64,000 bases of DNA. Origin: an uncultured candidate division Zixibacteria bacterium (GTDB lineage: Bacteria > Zixibacteria > MSB-5A5 > RBG-16-43-9). The stretch lies in NCBI GenBank assembly GCA_963713865.1, contig OY970208.1, forward strand, positions 1,664,001 to 1,728,000, given 5' to 3'. The notes under the pieces are model-generated. The model made no database searches. It was given only the letters and a program-made list of their open reading frames with translations, and was not told where the DNA came from. Positions 54,498 through 64,000 of this stretch are shown here, one piece after another (position 1 is the stretch's first letter; each line of letters begins with the position of its first letter). The position numbers and the translations under genes were made by a program.

Positions 54498-55301
54498 ATG
54501 AACTGGATTGAGGTTGCAATATTGGGGATTGTTCAAGGGCTGACCGAATTTTTACCCGTTTCCAGCTCCGGGCATTTAGTCCTGACTGAAAAGATATTTA
54601 ATATTCATACAGAGAATATCTATTTAGAGGTATTTTTACATTTTGGGACTTTTATGGCAGTGGTTATTGTATTCTGGAAAGATATTTTAGGGATTATAAA
54701 AGCGCTCTGGGTGAATATATTTTCAGCTGATAGAAACAGCACTTCAGTTGATTATTTTAAACTATTTTTATGTCTTTTAATCGGTACTGTTCCAGCCGGG
54801 GTTTTGGGATTATTATTTAAAGACTTTGTGGAAAGCTTTTTTAAAAGCTCTTCACTTGTATCTTTTATGTTAGTCTGCACAGGAATTTTTCTTATTCTAA
54901 CCAGATTCTCAAAAATAAAAAAAGAGTCAGTTGGTTTCTTCGATTCTCTGATAATTGGATTAGCTCAAGGTTTAGCTTTACTTCCAGGGATTTCACGGTC
55001 TGGCTGGACTATAAGTGCCGGGTTATTCAGAGAGATAAAGGGAAATAAAGCGGCAGAATTCTCTTTTCTTTTATCTCTACCAGCAATTTTAGGAGCATCA
55101 GTTTTGAAGTTAAAGGAGAGTATAGGTCAAAATTTACCTTCTAAGACAATGGCACTTTATCTTTCAGGGGTTTTGTTTGCTTTTATCTTCGGTTATTTTT
55201 CAATAAAATTTATGTTACGGATTTTGAAGAAAGGTAAATTAGAATATTTTGGATATTATTGTATTATAATAGGTATTCTAAGTTTGATATTTTTGAGATA
55301 G
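54498..55301 (+). CDS. uppP: Undecaprenyl-diphosphate phosphatase
   Basis: QGLTEFLPVSSSGHL, PGISRSG, AAEFSFLL. Confidence 0.96.
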   Translation: MNWIEVAILGIVQGLTEFLPVSSSGHLVLTEKIFNIHTENIYLEVFLHFGTFMAVVIVFWKDILGIIKALWVNIFSADRNSTSVDYFKLFLCLLIGTVPAGVLGLLFKDFVESFFKSSSLVSFMLVCTGIFLILTRFSKIKKESVGFFDSLIIGLAQGLALLPGISRSGWTISAGLFREIKGNKAAEFSFLLSLPAILGASVLKLKESIGQNLPSKTMALYLSGVLFAFIFGYFSIKFMLRILKKGKLEYFGYYCIIIGILSLIFLR

Positions 55302-55317
55302 AGAAGAGATCTAAGAC

Positions 55318-56970
55318 ATGCAGCAAAATAAATACAAGATACTGATTATAAGATTAAGCTCCTTGGGAGATATCATCTTAACTGCTCCGGTGTTGGATGC
55401 CTTAAAAGAGAATTTCAAAAACTCTGAAATTTATTTTTTAACAAAGCGAAAATACCAGGGGCTTTTTGAGTCCGACCCGAGGGTTTCTTCATTAATCTAT
55501 TTTGAACCTAAGGGAAAGGATAAAGGGCTTTCCGGATTATTTCGATTGATAAGTAAATTAAATCAGGAAGAATTTAATCTAATTGTTGATTTGCATTCTA
55601 ACCTCAGAAGTTATTTTATTCGCCATTTAGTTAAAACCAAGAAGAAGATTCGGTACCATAAAAGGTTAATCCCTCGTCTTTTTATGGTTTATTTCAAACA
55701 ATGGAAAGTTAAGCCTGTTTCAATTGTTGACTGCTATCTCAAGAGCCTAGAGGAAATCGGTTTGAAAATTTATAATAGAATTCCAAGGCTCTATTTAAAA
55801 GAAGAAGAAAGACTCTGGGCTAATAACTTTTTAAAGGAATCAGGAATTAAAAAAGATGAGGTTTTGATAGGTATTGCTCCTGGAGCTAAATGGGAGACGA
55901 AACGATGGGATAAAGAAAAATTCTCCATAGTGGCTAATAGTTTGAGTCAGGCTTTATCTGTCCAGAATGAATCCATTTGGACAAGAATCTTTCTGGTTGG
56001 AGATAAGAATGATCAAAAGTTGATTGAGAATATAGAAGACAACGTAGGCATAGATAAAGTAATCCAAGCAGTAGGTTTACCTCTGAATAGGTTAATGGCT
56101 CTGGTGGAAAAATGTGAACTTTTCGTCTCTAACGATTCTGGACCTATGCATCTTGCATCTGCACTTGGGATTCCAACCATAGGTATTTTTGGACCAACTC
56201 ATCCCGGTTTAGGTTTTTCACCAAAAGGATTAGGAGATAAAATATTCTGGGCAGGAGTTGAATGTTCCCCCTGCAGCCTGCACGGAGAAAAAAAATGTGT
56301 TAAGGAATCAAAGTTTTGTATGGATAACATAAAGCCGGAAAAAATTATTGAAGAAGCAAAAAAAATGATAACTGCTTCAAAAGTTATCTTCTTGGATCGG
56401 GATGGGACTATTACCGTGGAAAAAGATTTTGGGTCCAAAATTGAAGAGGTAGAATTTATTCCAAGGGTTAAAGAGGCATTGAAGATACTTCAAGGATTAG
56501 GGTATAAATTAGTGATAACTTCTAATCAATCGGGAATCGGCAGGGGGATAATGACTGAAAAACAGGTGGAGGAGATAGATAACTTTATTTCAGGAGAACT
56601 GGAAAAAGAAGGGATAAAAGTTTCTGGAATTTATTACTGTCCTCATCTTAAAGAAGAGAATTGCAATTGCCGTAAACCTAAAACCGGTTTAATTGAAAAA
56701 GCTCTGCAGAATAAATATTTAAAGTTGAAAGGGTCCTGGGTTATTGGTGATAAATTGAGTGATGTCTTATTAGGCAAAAACATAAATGGACAATCAATCC
56801 TGGTTTTGACAGGGTATGGTCAGGGCGAGAAGCAAAAAATCGAATCGAATCTTGAAATATATGATTGGCAGAAACCGGATTATGTTGCCAAAGACCTTTG
56901 GGATGCGGCATTATTTATAAAATCGGAAAATTCAAAGAAATCAACCGAAACCATATTCAGTAAGCCATGA
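55318..56970 (+). CDS. Fusion: GT9 heptosyltransferase (WaaF-like) plus heptose-1,7-bisphosphate phosphatase (GmhB)
   Basis: RLSSLGDI, NDSGPMHLA, FGPT; then FLDRDGT, SNQSGIGRG, CPH..CNCRKP, IGDK in one frame. Confidence 0.9.
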   Translation: MQQNKYKILIIRLSSLGDIILTAPVLDALKENFKNSEIYFLTKRKYQGLFESDPRVSSLIYFEPKGKDKGLSGLFRLISKLNQEEFNLIVDLHSNLRSYFIRHLVKTKKKIRYHKRLIPRLFMVYFKQWKVKPVSIVDCYLKSLEEIGLKIYNRIPRLYLKEEERLWANNFLKESGIKKDEVLIGIAPGAKWETKRWDKEKFSIVANSLSQALSVQNESIWTRIFLVGDKNDQKLIENIEDNVGIDKVIQAVGLPLNRLMALVEKCELFVSNDSGPMHLASALGIPTIGIFGPTHPGLGFSPKGLGDKIFWAGVECSPCSLHGEKKCVKESKFCMDNIKPEKIIEEAKKMITASKVIFLDRDGTITVEKDFGSKIEEVEFIPRVKEALKILQGLGYKLVITSNQSGIGRGIMTEKQVEEIDNFISGELEKEGIKVSGIYYCPHLKEENCNCRKPKTGLIEKALQNKYLKLKGSWVIGDKLSDVLLGKNINGQSILVLTGYGQGEKQKIESNLEIYDWQKPDYVAKDLWDAALFIKSENSKKSTETIFSKP

Positions 56971-57596
56971 AAATGATTTTCAAAACTTTAATCGTTGGAG
57001 AGCTGGAGACTAACTGTTATGTCTTGGGAGACGAGAAAACCAGAGAAGGGGTTGTTATTGATCCAGGCGGAGAACCCAAGGAGATCGAAAAAGCTATTGA
57101 AAAATTGAATCTGGAAATCAAATATATCATCCTTACACACGGCCATGGTGACCATATCGGGGTTCTATCTGAGTTGAAAAAGAAGACCGGAGCTAAAATT
57201 TTAATTCACGAAGATGATGCGGAGATGCTCTCTGATCCGGAGAAAAATCTGTCGATTTTTTCATATACCCCAATCTCAGCTCCGGAAGCAGATAAACTCC
57301 TGAAGGATAAAGATAAAATAAAGATTGGCAAGATCGAGCTTGAGGTATTACATACACCTGGACATACGCAAGGAAGTATCTCCCTCTGGACCGATAAAAT
57401 CATTTTTACCGGAGATCTGATCTTTTATGGCTCAGTTGGCAGAACCGACCTTCCTGGTGGTTCTTATCAGGAGCTCTTAAGATCAATTCAGGATAAGATT
57501 CTGGATAAAGAGGATGATACTGTAATCTACCCCGGGCATGGTCCTTCAACTATCATAGGAGAAGAGAGAAAGAATAATCCTTTTCTAAATCTATAA
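56967..57596 (+). CDS. MBL-fold hydrolase (glyoxalase II/YcbL-like)
   Basis: TNCY, IDPG, THGHGDH, TPGHT, GDL, GRTD, PGHG. Confidence 0.92.
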   Translation: MKMIFKTLIVGELETNCYVLGDEKTREGVVIDPGGEPKEIEKAIEKLNLEIKYIILTHGHGDHIGVLSELKKKTGAKILIHEDDAEMLSDPEKNLSIFSYTPISAPEADKLLKDKDKIKIGKIELEVLHTPGHTQGSISLWTDKIIFTGDLIFYGSVGRTDLPGGSYQELLRSIQDKILDKEDDTVIYPGHGPSTIIGEERKNNPFLNL

Positions 57597-57611
57597 ATCT
57601 AAAAAACACAG

Positions 57612-58460
57612 ATGATATTAAACACAGATCAAAAAATTGAACTTTTTGATTGTCACGTTCATCCGGACTACTCTCTGGATGCCTCAGGCACGATGGATGA
57701 ATTTTGCCAGAAAGCCCTGAGGATTGGATTGAAGGGGATCTGTTTTACATCGCATTATGATATCGATCCGGAAAGAAAGGACATCGATGCTTTTATGAAG
57801 GTTAAGGGGAAAGTTATTCCTCTTTCTGAAGAGACAGTCAATATCTACCTTGAAGATATAGAAAAGGCTAAACACAAATATGAGCCATTAGGGCTGAAAG
57901 TCAGATCCGGTCTGGAAATAGATTATGCTCCTCGTATCGAAGAGCAATTGAGAGAAGACCTTTCAAAATTTAAGTTGGATTATATCTTAGGAGCAATTCA
58001 CTGTCTGGAACATATCGCTATTACCTCTTCAGAAGAGGTTTTTCTATATTTGGAAAAGAGGACGGCACAGAATCTATGCGATGACTATTATGATAATCTT
58101 CTTTCCGGGATTAAGTCAGGTTTATTTCACTCCGTCGCTCATTTAGATGGGTTCAAGAAGTATGCCCTTGGTTATTATGGAGAAAAGCTTTTAATGGCAG
58201 AAAGAATTTGGATAGGTCCAGTTTTACAGGAACTGAAAAACAGGAAAATCGGAATTGAACTCAATACTGGCTGGTTCAAGAAGGGGATAAAGAAGTTCTT
58301 CCCGGATGAAGATATTTTAAAATCAGCAGCTGATTCAGGCATAAATATTACGGCAATAGGCTCAGATGCTCACCGCATAGAAGAATTGGGTTTGGGCTTA
58401 CCAGAGGCAGTATCTTATATCGAAAATAACAAACTCAGCTTCGCACCTTTTCTAACATAA
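57612..58460 (+). CDS. PHP-family phosphatase (HisJ histidinol-phosphatase-like)
   Basis: DCHVH, FTSH, GLEID, GAIH, AHLD, ELNT, GSDAH. Confidence 0.85.
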   Translation: MILNTDQKIELFDCHVHPDYSLDASGTMDEFCQKALRIGLKGICFTSHYDIDPERKDIDAFMKVKGKVIPLSEETVNIYLEDIEKAKHKYEPLGLKVRSGLEIDYAPRIEEQLREDLSKFKLDYILGAIHCLEHIAITSSEEVFLYLEKRTAQNLCDDYYDNLLSGIKSGLFHSVAHLDGFKKYALGYYGEKLLMAERIWIGPVLQELKNRKIGIELNTGWFKKGIKKFFPDEDILKSAADSGINITAIGSDAHRIEELGLGLPEAVSYIENNKLSFAPFLT

Positions 58461-58759
58461 CGAGCAATAGATTATCTGCAAATAGTTTTGCTCTAAAATA
58501 ATCTGGAACAACCGTGTAAGTTGAAATCCCGCCTTAAGGGCGTGGCGGGATTAACTATTTTATAAGGAAGAAAACTGGGGAGTCTTCTGTTGGGGATTTC
58601 CCCCGGTTCAGAATGTGCTATCTCGAAACGATAAAATTCGGGACGAACTAAAGGAGGCATTATGATCTACCTCATCTGATATTTATGGGTGAATATTACT
58701 CTTGATTTGCCGATAGAAATAATAAAATCGGAATTTAGATTCATTAGACAGGAGAGTAG

Positions 58760-60022
58760 ATGAGAAAGGGAAGTGTTATTACAAAAAACGACTCAATCAC
58801 GGTATTGCCTATTCTTCCCCGAACCCTCTGGGAACTGGTAAAGCTGTCCCAGCAAAAGGAACCTGATTTAAAAAGATTGAAAGCATTACTTCTTGAGGAT
58901 GTTGGCCTGTGCGCCAAAGCATTGAACGAGATCAATTCAATCGAAAATCTAAAAGAGCCAGTTAAATCTTTTAACCAAGCATTGGAAACCATAGACTTTG
59001 AACATTTTTTGATCAAAGGCTTAAGCTCACCTCTTTATGATCTTAAGAATTCAGAAGAGACAGCCTGGCATACTAAATTTAACCAGCGGTCAGTTATATC
59101 TGCTTTAGCCTGTAAATTTATCGGGGAGGAGATTGCCTATCCGGATCTGGAGGAACTCTATCTCTGTGGTCTATTGCATGATGTTGGGATTCTTTTTTTA
59201 AAAGAAGGATTTCCAGAAGAATACTCACTGGTGCTTGAAAGAAATAATAAAGGGGCGAAGCTTTCCCAGATCGAAAGGGAGATTTTAGCCACAGACCATC
59301 TGGAGGCAGGAGAAGGAGTAATTGCGGAATGGGGTTTTCCCAGGAATTTGATAAAATCGATTACAGGTCACGAAAACAATGCGAAGGGAAATTACGAGTC
59401 GGCAGAGCTTGTGGCCGGAATAGTAAGTGTGGCTGAACAGATAACTGAAATTATTTTTGTCGAGACAGAGCCTCATGCTTTGGAAGATTTAACAAAATAC
59501 TGGGGTAAAATTATAAATTTACCATCTGAGTTTTTTAACCGCGTCTATGCAAAGCTTTCTGAAGAAATAAGCAGAGAAGCTAACCATTATCAAAAACTGC
59601 CCGAGGACCTGTATGAGGTGATTCTGCAAGCTCACCGGCTGATCAACAGATTGGTTCAAAACTGCGAGGAGAGAACCAGGAACAAATTCAGGGAGATTTA
59701 CAGAGAAAATGAGGAGGAGAGAAAGAAGGCTGAGCTGGAATCTCTAAAGATTATTTTAGCCACTTTTTCACATTACATCAATAACGCTACCACCTCGATA
59801 ATGGGGAAATCTCAGCTTATCGATATAGCTATAAGAAGAGGGGATATCAAAGATGAGAATGGTAAGATCACCTCTTCCATGAAGATAATCCAGCAGGGGG
59901 TGGAGAATATCACCGCAGTTTTAAATGGGCTTAAAAGGCTTGATTCCTTTCGTACGGTAAGATACCACGAGCATTCCAACATCATCGATATCCGGGATAA
60001 AATCGAAATCAAAGGCTTATAA
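58760..60022 (+). CDS. HDOD-domain protein with C-terminal HisKA-like helix pair
   Basis: LPILP, GLLHDVG, DHLEAG...WGFP; C-terminal FSHYINNATTSIMG. Confidence 0.8.
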   Translation: MRKGSVITKNDSITVLPILPRTLWELVKLSQQKEPDLKRLKALLLEDVGLCAKALNEINSIENLKEPVKSFNQALETIDFEHFLIKGLSSPLYDLKNSEETAWHTKFNQRSVISALACKFIGEEIAYPDLEELYLCGLLHDVGILFLKEGFPEEYSLVLERNNKGAKLSQIEREILATDHLEAGEGVIAEWGFPRNLIKSITGHENNAKGNYESAELVAGIVSVAEQITEIIFVETEPHALEDLTKYWGKIINLPSEFFNRVYAKLSEEISREANHYQKLPEDLYEVILQAHRLINRLVQNCEERTRNKFREIYRENEEERKKAELESLKIILATFSHYINNATTSIMGKSQLIDIAIRRGDIKDENGKITSSMKIIQQGVENITAVLNGLKRLDSFRTVRYHEHSNIIDIRDKIEIKGL

Positions 60023-60034
60023 TCTGAAAAATAT

Positions 60035-60066
60035 AAAAAAGCCCTCCCCCAGGGAGGGCTTTTTTA
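60035..60066. terminator. Intrinsic terminator, probably bidirectional
   Basis: AAAAAAGCCCTCCC-CCA-GGGAGGGCTTTTTT. Confidence 0.88.
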
Positions 60067-60115
60067 TTTCAGGGGATTTTAAAAATTTGCTTAACCCAAC
60101 TGGAGAGTTTTTTAT

Positions 60116-60144
60116 TTGACATATTAGTTTTGATAAGCTATTCT
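60116..60144 (+). promoter_or_regulatory. Putative sigma70 promoter for the PAS sensor
   Basis: TTGACA-N17-TATTCT. Confidence 0.55.
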
Positions 60145-60216
60145 AACAGGAGTATTTTAGGGGACATTGGAAAATAAAATAATTTTATATGGTTAGATAT
60201 AACTGGAGAGAAATCT

Positions 60217-63200
60217 ATGAAGTTAAAAAATTGGGAAAAGATAACCGGGGGTAGAGCAGGGCTGATAATGATATGTGCTCTTGCGGTCTTGAGCTTAATA
60301 CTTATCTTAGAGCACATTTTGAATCTGGGTCAACTTCTCGGAGGCTCCAATAAGTTTAATATGATATGGGGTGAGCTAATCATCGACTTGGTTTCAATCT
60401 TCTCCATAGGCATTATCTCCCTGTCTTTAGTTCGCGCAGCTGAATCGAAACGAAGTAAAACCGAGCGGACTCTTTCCTATAGCGAAGAGCGTTACAAAGA
60501 GCTGTTTGAAAATTCGCCTCTGGGTATCTACCGTACCACTCCTGACGGACAGATTCTCCTGGCAAACTCTGCTCTGATTCATATGTTAGGGTATTCCTCT
60601 TTTAAGGAACTGGCAAAACGAAACCTGGAAAAGGAAGGGTTTGAGCCAGACTATCCGCGTAGTCAATTCAAGGAGATAATGGAAAAGGAGGGTGAAGTCA
60701 AGGGTTTGGAATCAGCCTGGTTAAGGCGTGATAGAACAGCGACTTTCGTTTGTGAAAATGCTAAGGCAATTAGAGATGAAAAGGGCAAAATCCTGTATTA
60801 TGAGGGGACAGTTGAAGATATCACGGAGAAGAAAAAGGCAGAGGAGAGACTAAAGCAATCTGAAAAGGAGTATCGGGGATTATTTGAAGGTGCTCATGAT
60901 GCTATAATTATTTTTAAACCTGAAAGGGAAATTGTTTTAGATGTAAACCAGAGAGCATGCGAGGTCTATGGATTTAATCACTCAGAGTTTATCGGGATGT
61001 CGTTGGAAAGAATTTCAAGGGATGTCCCTCGATGTAAAAGGGAAATTAAAACCGTTTTGGACAAGGGTGTTTACCATCATTTTGAAACGGTTCAGTATCG
61101 AAAAGATAGAACGGAGATGTTCCTGGAGATTAATGCATCGGTGGTGGATTTTAAAGGTCAACCAGCTATCCTGAGCATTAATCGAGACGTAACCAAGCGC
61201 CAAAAAGCAGAAGTAGCATTACGTGCTTCAGAACAAAGATATAAGCTGTTATTCGAGAAAAATCTTGCCGGTGTTTACCACACAACTTTAGATGGAAAAA
61301 TGCTGAATTGTAATGAATCCTTTGCTCGTCTTCTGGGCTATGACTCTGCAGAAGAGGTAATGACCCACCGGGCTTTGGAGTTTTATTTCAAAGACGCTGA
61401 ACGAAAAGAGTTTTTAGCACTTTTACTGAGAAAAGGGAATCTCAATGATTTTGAAATCTGCATGAGAAGAAGAGATGGGAAACCTGTCTGGATCCTGGAA
61501 AACGTCACCTTGATCAAAGATGAAAAAAGTGAACAAGTTTCCATACAGGGTACTTCCATTGATATTACCGAGCGTAAGAAAGCACAGGAGGCACTGCGTG
61601 AAAACGAAGAGCGCCTAAAATTGGTGTTGGAAGGAGCCGAGCTCGGCACTTGGGACCAAGACATGAAAACGGGAGAGGTCGTCCGCAATCGCCGTTGGGT
61701 CGAAATGCTCGGCTATACTTTGGAAGAAATCGATTCGCGTGCAGATGCATGGAAAGAGCTGATCCATCCCGATGATCTGCCAATAGTTAACAGGATAGTC
61801 GAAGACCACGAAGCCGGCCGGACGCCGTTTTTAAGGTGCGAACACCGCATGAAGACGAAATCAGGTGAGTGGAAGTGGATACTCAATTGTGGAAAAATCA
61901 TCCAGTGGGACAGCGACGGGAAACCGGTTCGGGCGACGGGTACGCACACAGACATCACCGAGCGTAAGCGGGTAGAGGAAGAATTGCGTGTTAGCGAGGA
62001 AAAACACAGATTAGTTCTTGATAATATTCCTGTTTTGATCGCGGCTATTGACCAGACAGGCAAATTTGTTCTATGGAATAGATACGCCAAAAAGATGCTT
62101 GGTTATTCGCCACAAGAGGCGATCTGGAAGATAATTCCTTTGGATATACATGAGACAAAAGCAGATGCAGATGAGGTCATTCGGGTTGCCAGCGAAAGAG
62201 GTATCTATGATAAAGAAATAAGATTCAGGTGTAAAGACAAAACTCTTATTCCAGTTCACTTGGTTGTTGTTCCAAATAAGGACTCTACAGGGAAGATTGT
62301 GGGTTTTTATGGTTTTGCGGAAGACATCACCGAGCGCAAGCGGGCGGAGACAGCATTGCGCGAAAGCGGGGAGCGGTTCCGACAGTTTGCGGAGAACATA
62401 GACCAGGTCTTTTGGCTTACGGATTGGGATGCCAAAAAGCTGCTCTACGTGAACCCTGCCTACGAGAGGTTGTACGGCCGTTCCTGTCAGAGTGCGTATG
62501 AAGACAGGAAGAGCTGGCAAGATGTCATCCACCCTGAGGATCGGACCCGGATCTCGGAATCCTTCGCCCGGAGTGCAGACTTAGGCCAGTACGTAGAGGC
62601 AGAGTACCGGATCTTGCGTGATGACGGCACGCTGCGCTGGGTTTTAGATCGCAACTATCCGATCCGGGACAAATACGGGAGAATCTACCGTTTCGCAAGC
62701 GTAGCCGATGACATCACCGAACGTAAGAAAGCAGAGGATGCGCTGAAAGAGTCCGAGGAAAAGTATAGGGCGATAATCGAAGCGGTAGGGAGGGCAGGTG
62801 AGGGAATCATCATCATTCAAGATAACGAACAAGGAGAAGCAGCGTTTGTTTTTGTGAACGACCAGTTTTGCCAGATGTCGGACTATTCGCAGGAAGAGCT
62901 GATGGGCAGGTCACCCTGGGATTTTGTTCCCCATGAAGTCTCAGTTCGGCTTAAAGACTGGTATAAGCGAAGACATACGGGAGAGTCTCTCCCTGGTCAC
63001 TACGAGGCAGCGGGAATTCGTAAAGATGGTGCAATCGTGCCTTTAGATCTTAGTATAGTTACTATGCCATGGCAAGGGAATATAGCGACGGTGCTTTATT
63101 TAAGGGACATCACCGAACGCAAGAAAGCAGAGGAGGCACTGCGCGAGAGCGAGGAAAAACATCGAACATACGTCGAAAACGCTCCGGACGGCATTTTCAT

Positions 63201-64000
63201 TGTCGATTCCGAAGCCAGGTACGTCGACGTCAACGAGGCGGCATGCCGCATGACCGGTTATTCCAGGGATAAGTTACTGAATATGACCATTATGCAGCTC
63301 GCCCCTTCGGATACACCGCCCGAAGTATTCGAAACCTTCGAGAAACTCAAGAGAAACGGCAAGACAAGCTCTGGAATCGTCATTCAGCGAAAGGATGGCT
63401 CCGTTATTCATGCCTCACTCGACGCAGTTGCCCTATCGGATGGACGGTATATGGCATTCTGTTCCGATGTAACCAGGCGCAAGAAGGCTGAAGAGGCGCT
63501 TAAAACAAGCCAAGCCCAACTATCCAATGCAGTGAAGATCGCTAAACTGGGGTATTGGGAATATGACGTGGTAAAAGACCTGTTTACGTTCGACGATCAT
63601 TTTTACGCCATCTTCCGCACGACAGCAGAAAAAGTAGGTGGCTATAAAATGTCATCTGCTCGTTACGCTGAGCTTTTTGTTCATCCTGACGACCGGCCTT
63701 TAGTCGGCATAGAGATTCGTAAAGCCCTTGAGACTAATGATCCCCACTTCAGCCGTCAACTGGAACACCGCATTATCTATGCAGACGGCGAGATCGGTTA
63801 CATAACCGTCCGTTTTTTCATCATCAAAGATGACAAGGGAAAAACGATAAAAACCTATGGCGCAAATCAGGACATAACCGAACGCAAGAGGGCAGAGGAG
63901 GAGTTGAGAGAATCCGAACAAAAGTATAGAGGGGTAGTGGATAATATCGGGATTGGGGTATCGCTTATCAGCCCGAAGATGGAAATACTATTCTTGAACA
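60217..64000 (+). CDS. Large membrane-anchored multi-PAS sensor protein (3' end outside window; missing from ORF track)
   Basis: ATG 60217 with GGAG RBS; two TM helices; in-frame D(I/V)T(E/K/R)xK/Q linkers at 60817, 61186, 61561, 61951, 62323, 62710, 63106, 63466 and 63871 give 9 PAS/PAC units plus the start of a tenth. Confidence 0.92.
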   Translation, partial: MKLKNWEKITGGRAGLIMICALAVLSLILILEHILNLGQLLGGSNKFNMIWGELIIDLVSIFSIGIISLSLVRAAESKRSKTERTLSYSEERYKELFENSPLGIYRTTPDGQILLANSALIHMLGYSSFKELAKRNLEKEGFEPDYPRSQFKEIMEKEGEVKGLESAWLRRDRTATFVCENAKAIRDEKGKILYYEGTVEDITEKKKAEERLKQSEKEYRGLFEGAHDAIIIFKPEREIVLDVNQRACEVYGFNHSEFIGMSLERISRDVPRCKREIKTVLDKGVYHHFETVQYRKDRTEMFLEINASVVDFKGQPAILSINRDVTKRQKAEVALRASEQRYKLLFEKNLAGVYHTTLDGKMLNCNESFARLLGYDSAEEVMTHRALEFYFKDAERKEFLALLLRKGNLNDFEICMRRRDGKPVWILENVTLIKDEKSEQVSIQGTSIDITERKKAQEALRENEERLKLVLEGAELGTWDQDMKTGEVVRNRRWVEMLGYTLEEIDSRADAWKELIHPDDLPIVNRIVEDHEAGRTPFLRCEHRMKTKSGEWKWILNCGKIIQWDSDGKPVRATGTHTDITERKRVEEELRVSEEKHRLVLDNIPVLIAAIDQTGKFVLWNRYAKKMLGYSPQEAIWKIIPLDIHETKADADEVIRVASERGIYDKEIRFRCKDKTLIPVHLVVVPNKDSTGKIVGFYGFAEDITERKRAETALRESGERFRQFAENIDQVFWLTDWDAKKLLYVNPAYERLYGRSCQSAYEDRKSWQDVIHPEDRTRISESFARSADLGQYVEAEYRILRDDGTLRWVLDRNYPIRDKYGRIYRFASVADDITERKKAEDALKESEEKYRAIIEAVGRAGEGIIIIQDNEQGEAAFVFVNDQFCQMSDYSQEELMGRSPWDFVPHEVSVRLKDWYKRRHTGESLPGHYEAAGIRKDGAIVPLDLSIVTMPWQGNIATVLYLRDITERKKAEEALRESEEKHRTYVENAPDGIFIVDSEARYVDVNEAACRMTGYSRDKLLNMTIMQLAPSDTPPEVFETFEKLKRNGKTSSGIVIQRKDGSVIHASLDAVALSDGRYMAFCSDVTRRKKAEEALKTSQAQLSNAVKIAKLGYWEYDVVKDLFTFDDHFYAIFRTTAEKVGGYKMSSARYAELFVHPDDRPLVGIEIRKALETNDPHFSRQLEHRIIYADGEIGYITVRFFIIKDDKGKTIKTYGANQDITERKRAEEELRESEQKYRGVVDNIGIGVSLISPKMEILFLN

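Noticed and set aside
61951-63890. Recurrent GACATCACCGAxCGxAAG as a possible CRISPR or DGR repeat
   Set aside because: Spacing is about 360-400 nt, all copies are in frame and encode the PAS DITERK linker; no cas or reverse transcriptase gene seen.

Overview
AT-rich chromosomal window from a Gram-negative bacterium (it carries lapAB, a waaF-gmhB fusion and a beta-barrel OMP); an uncultured FCB-type anaerobe is my guess, not something the sequence proves. Housekeeping genes sit at both ends. Left: mutS2, dnaG, tRNA-Ile2, tRNA-Val, Zn-ribbon protein, guaB, rnpB, recJ. Right: lapAB, TPR-SPOR, mutS, uppP, waaF-gmhB, a PHP phosphatase, an HDOD protein and a large multi-PAS sensor running off the end. 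Between them (about 8.4-47.7 kb) two convergent gene blocks form a branched-chain amino acid / acyl-CoA supercluster. The + block holds meaB, an isobutyryl-CoA-type and a methylmalonyl-CoA-type B12 mutase large subunit with one small subunit, propionyl-CoA carboxylase, epimerase, a LeuDH-like gene and buk. The - block starts with an archaeal-type HMG-CoA synthase/thiolase/DUF35 triad, followed by liuB/C/D-like genes with no HMG-CoA lyase, beta-oxidation genes, a second LeuDH-like gene, buk, two ptb and ilvE. Best leads: (1) a possibly lyase-independent HMG-CoA node; (2) two LeuDH paralogs, each lacking a different active-site lysine, one resembling engineered amine dehydrogenases; (3) an unidentified structured ~190-nt element; (4) three intergenic repeat families. 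Four single-base frameshifts in short G/C runs look like sequencing errors.
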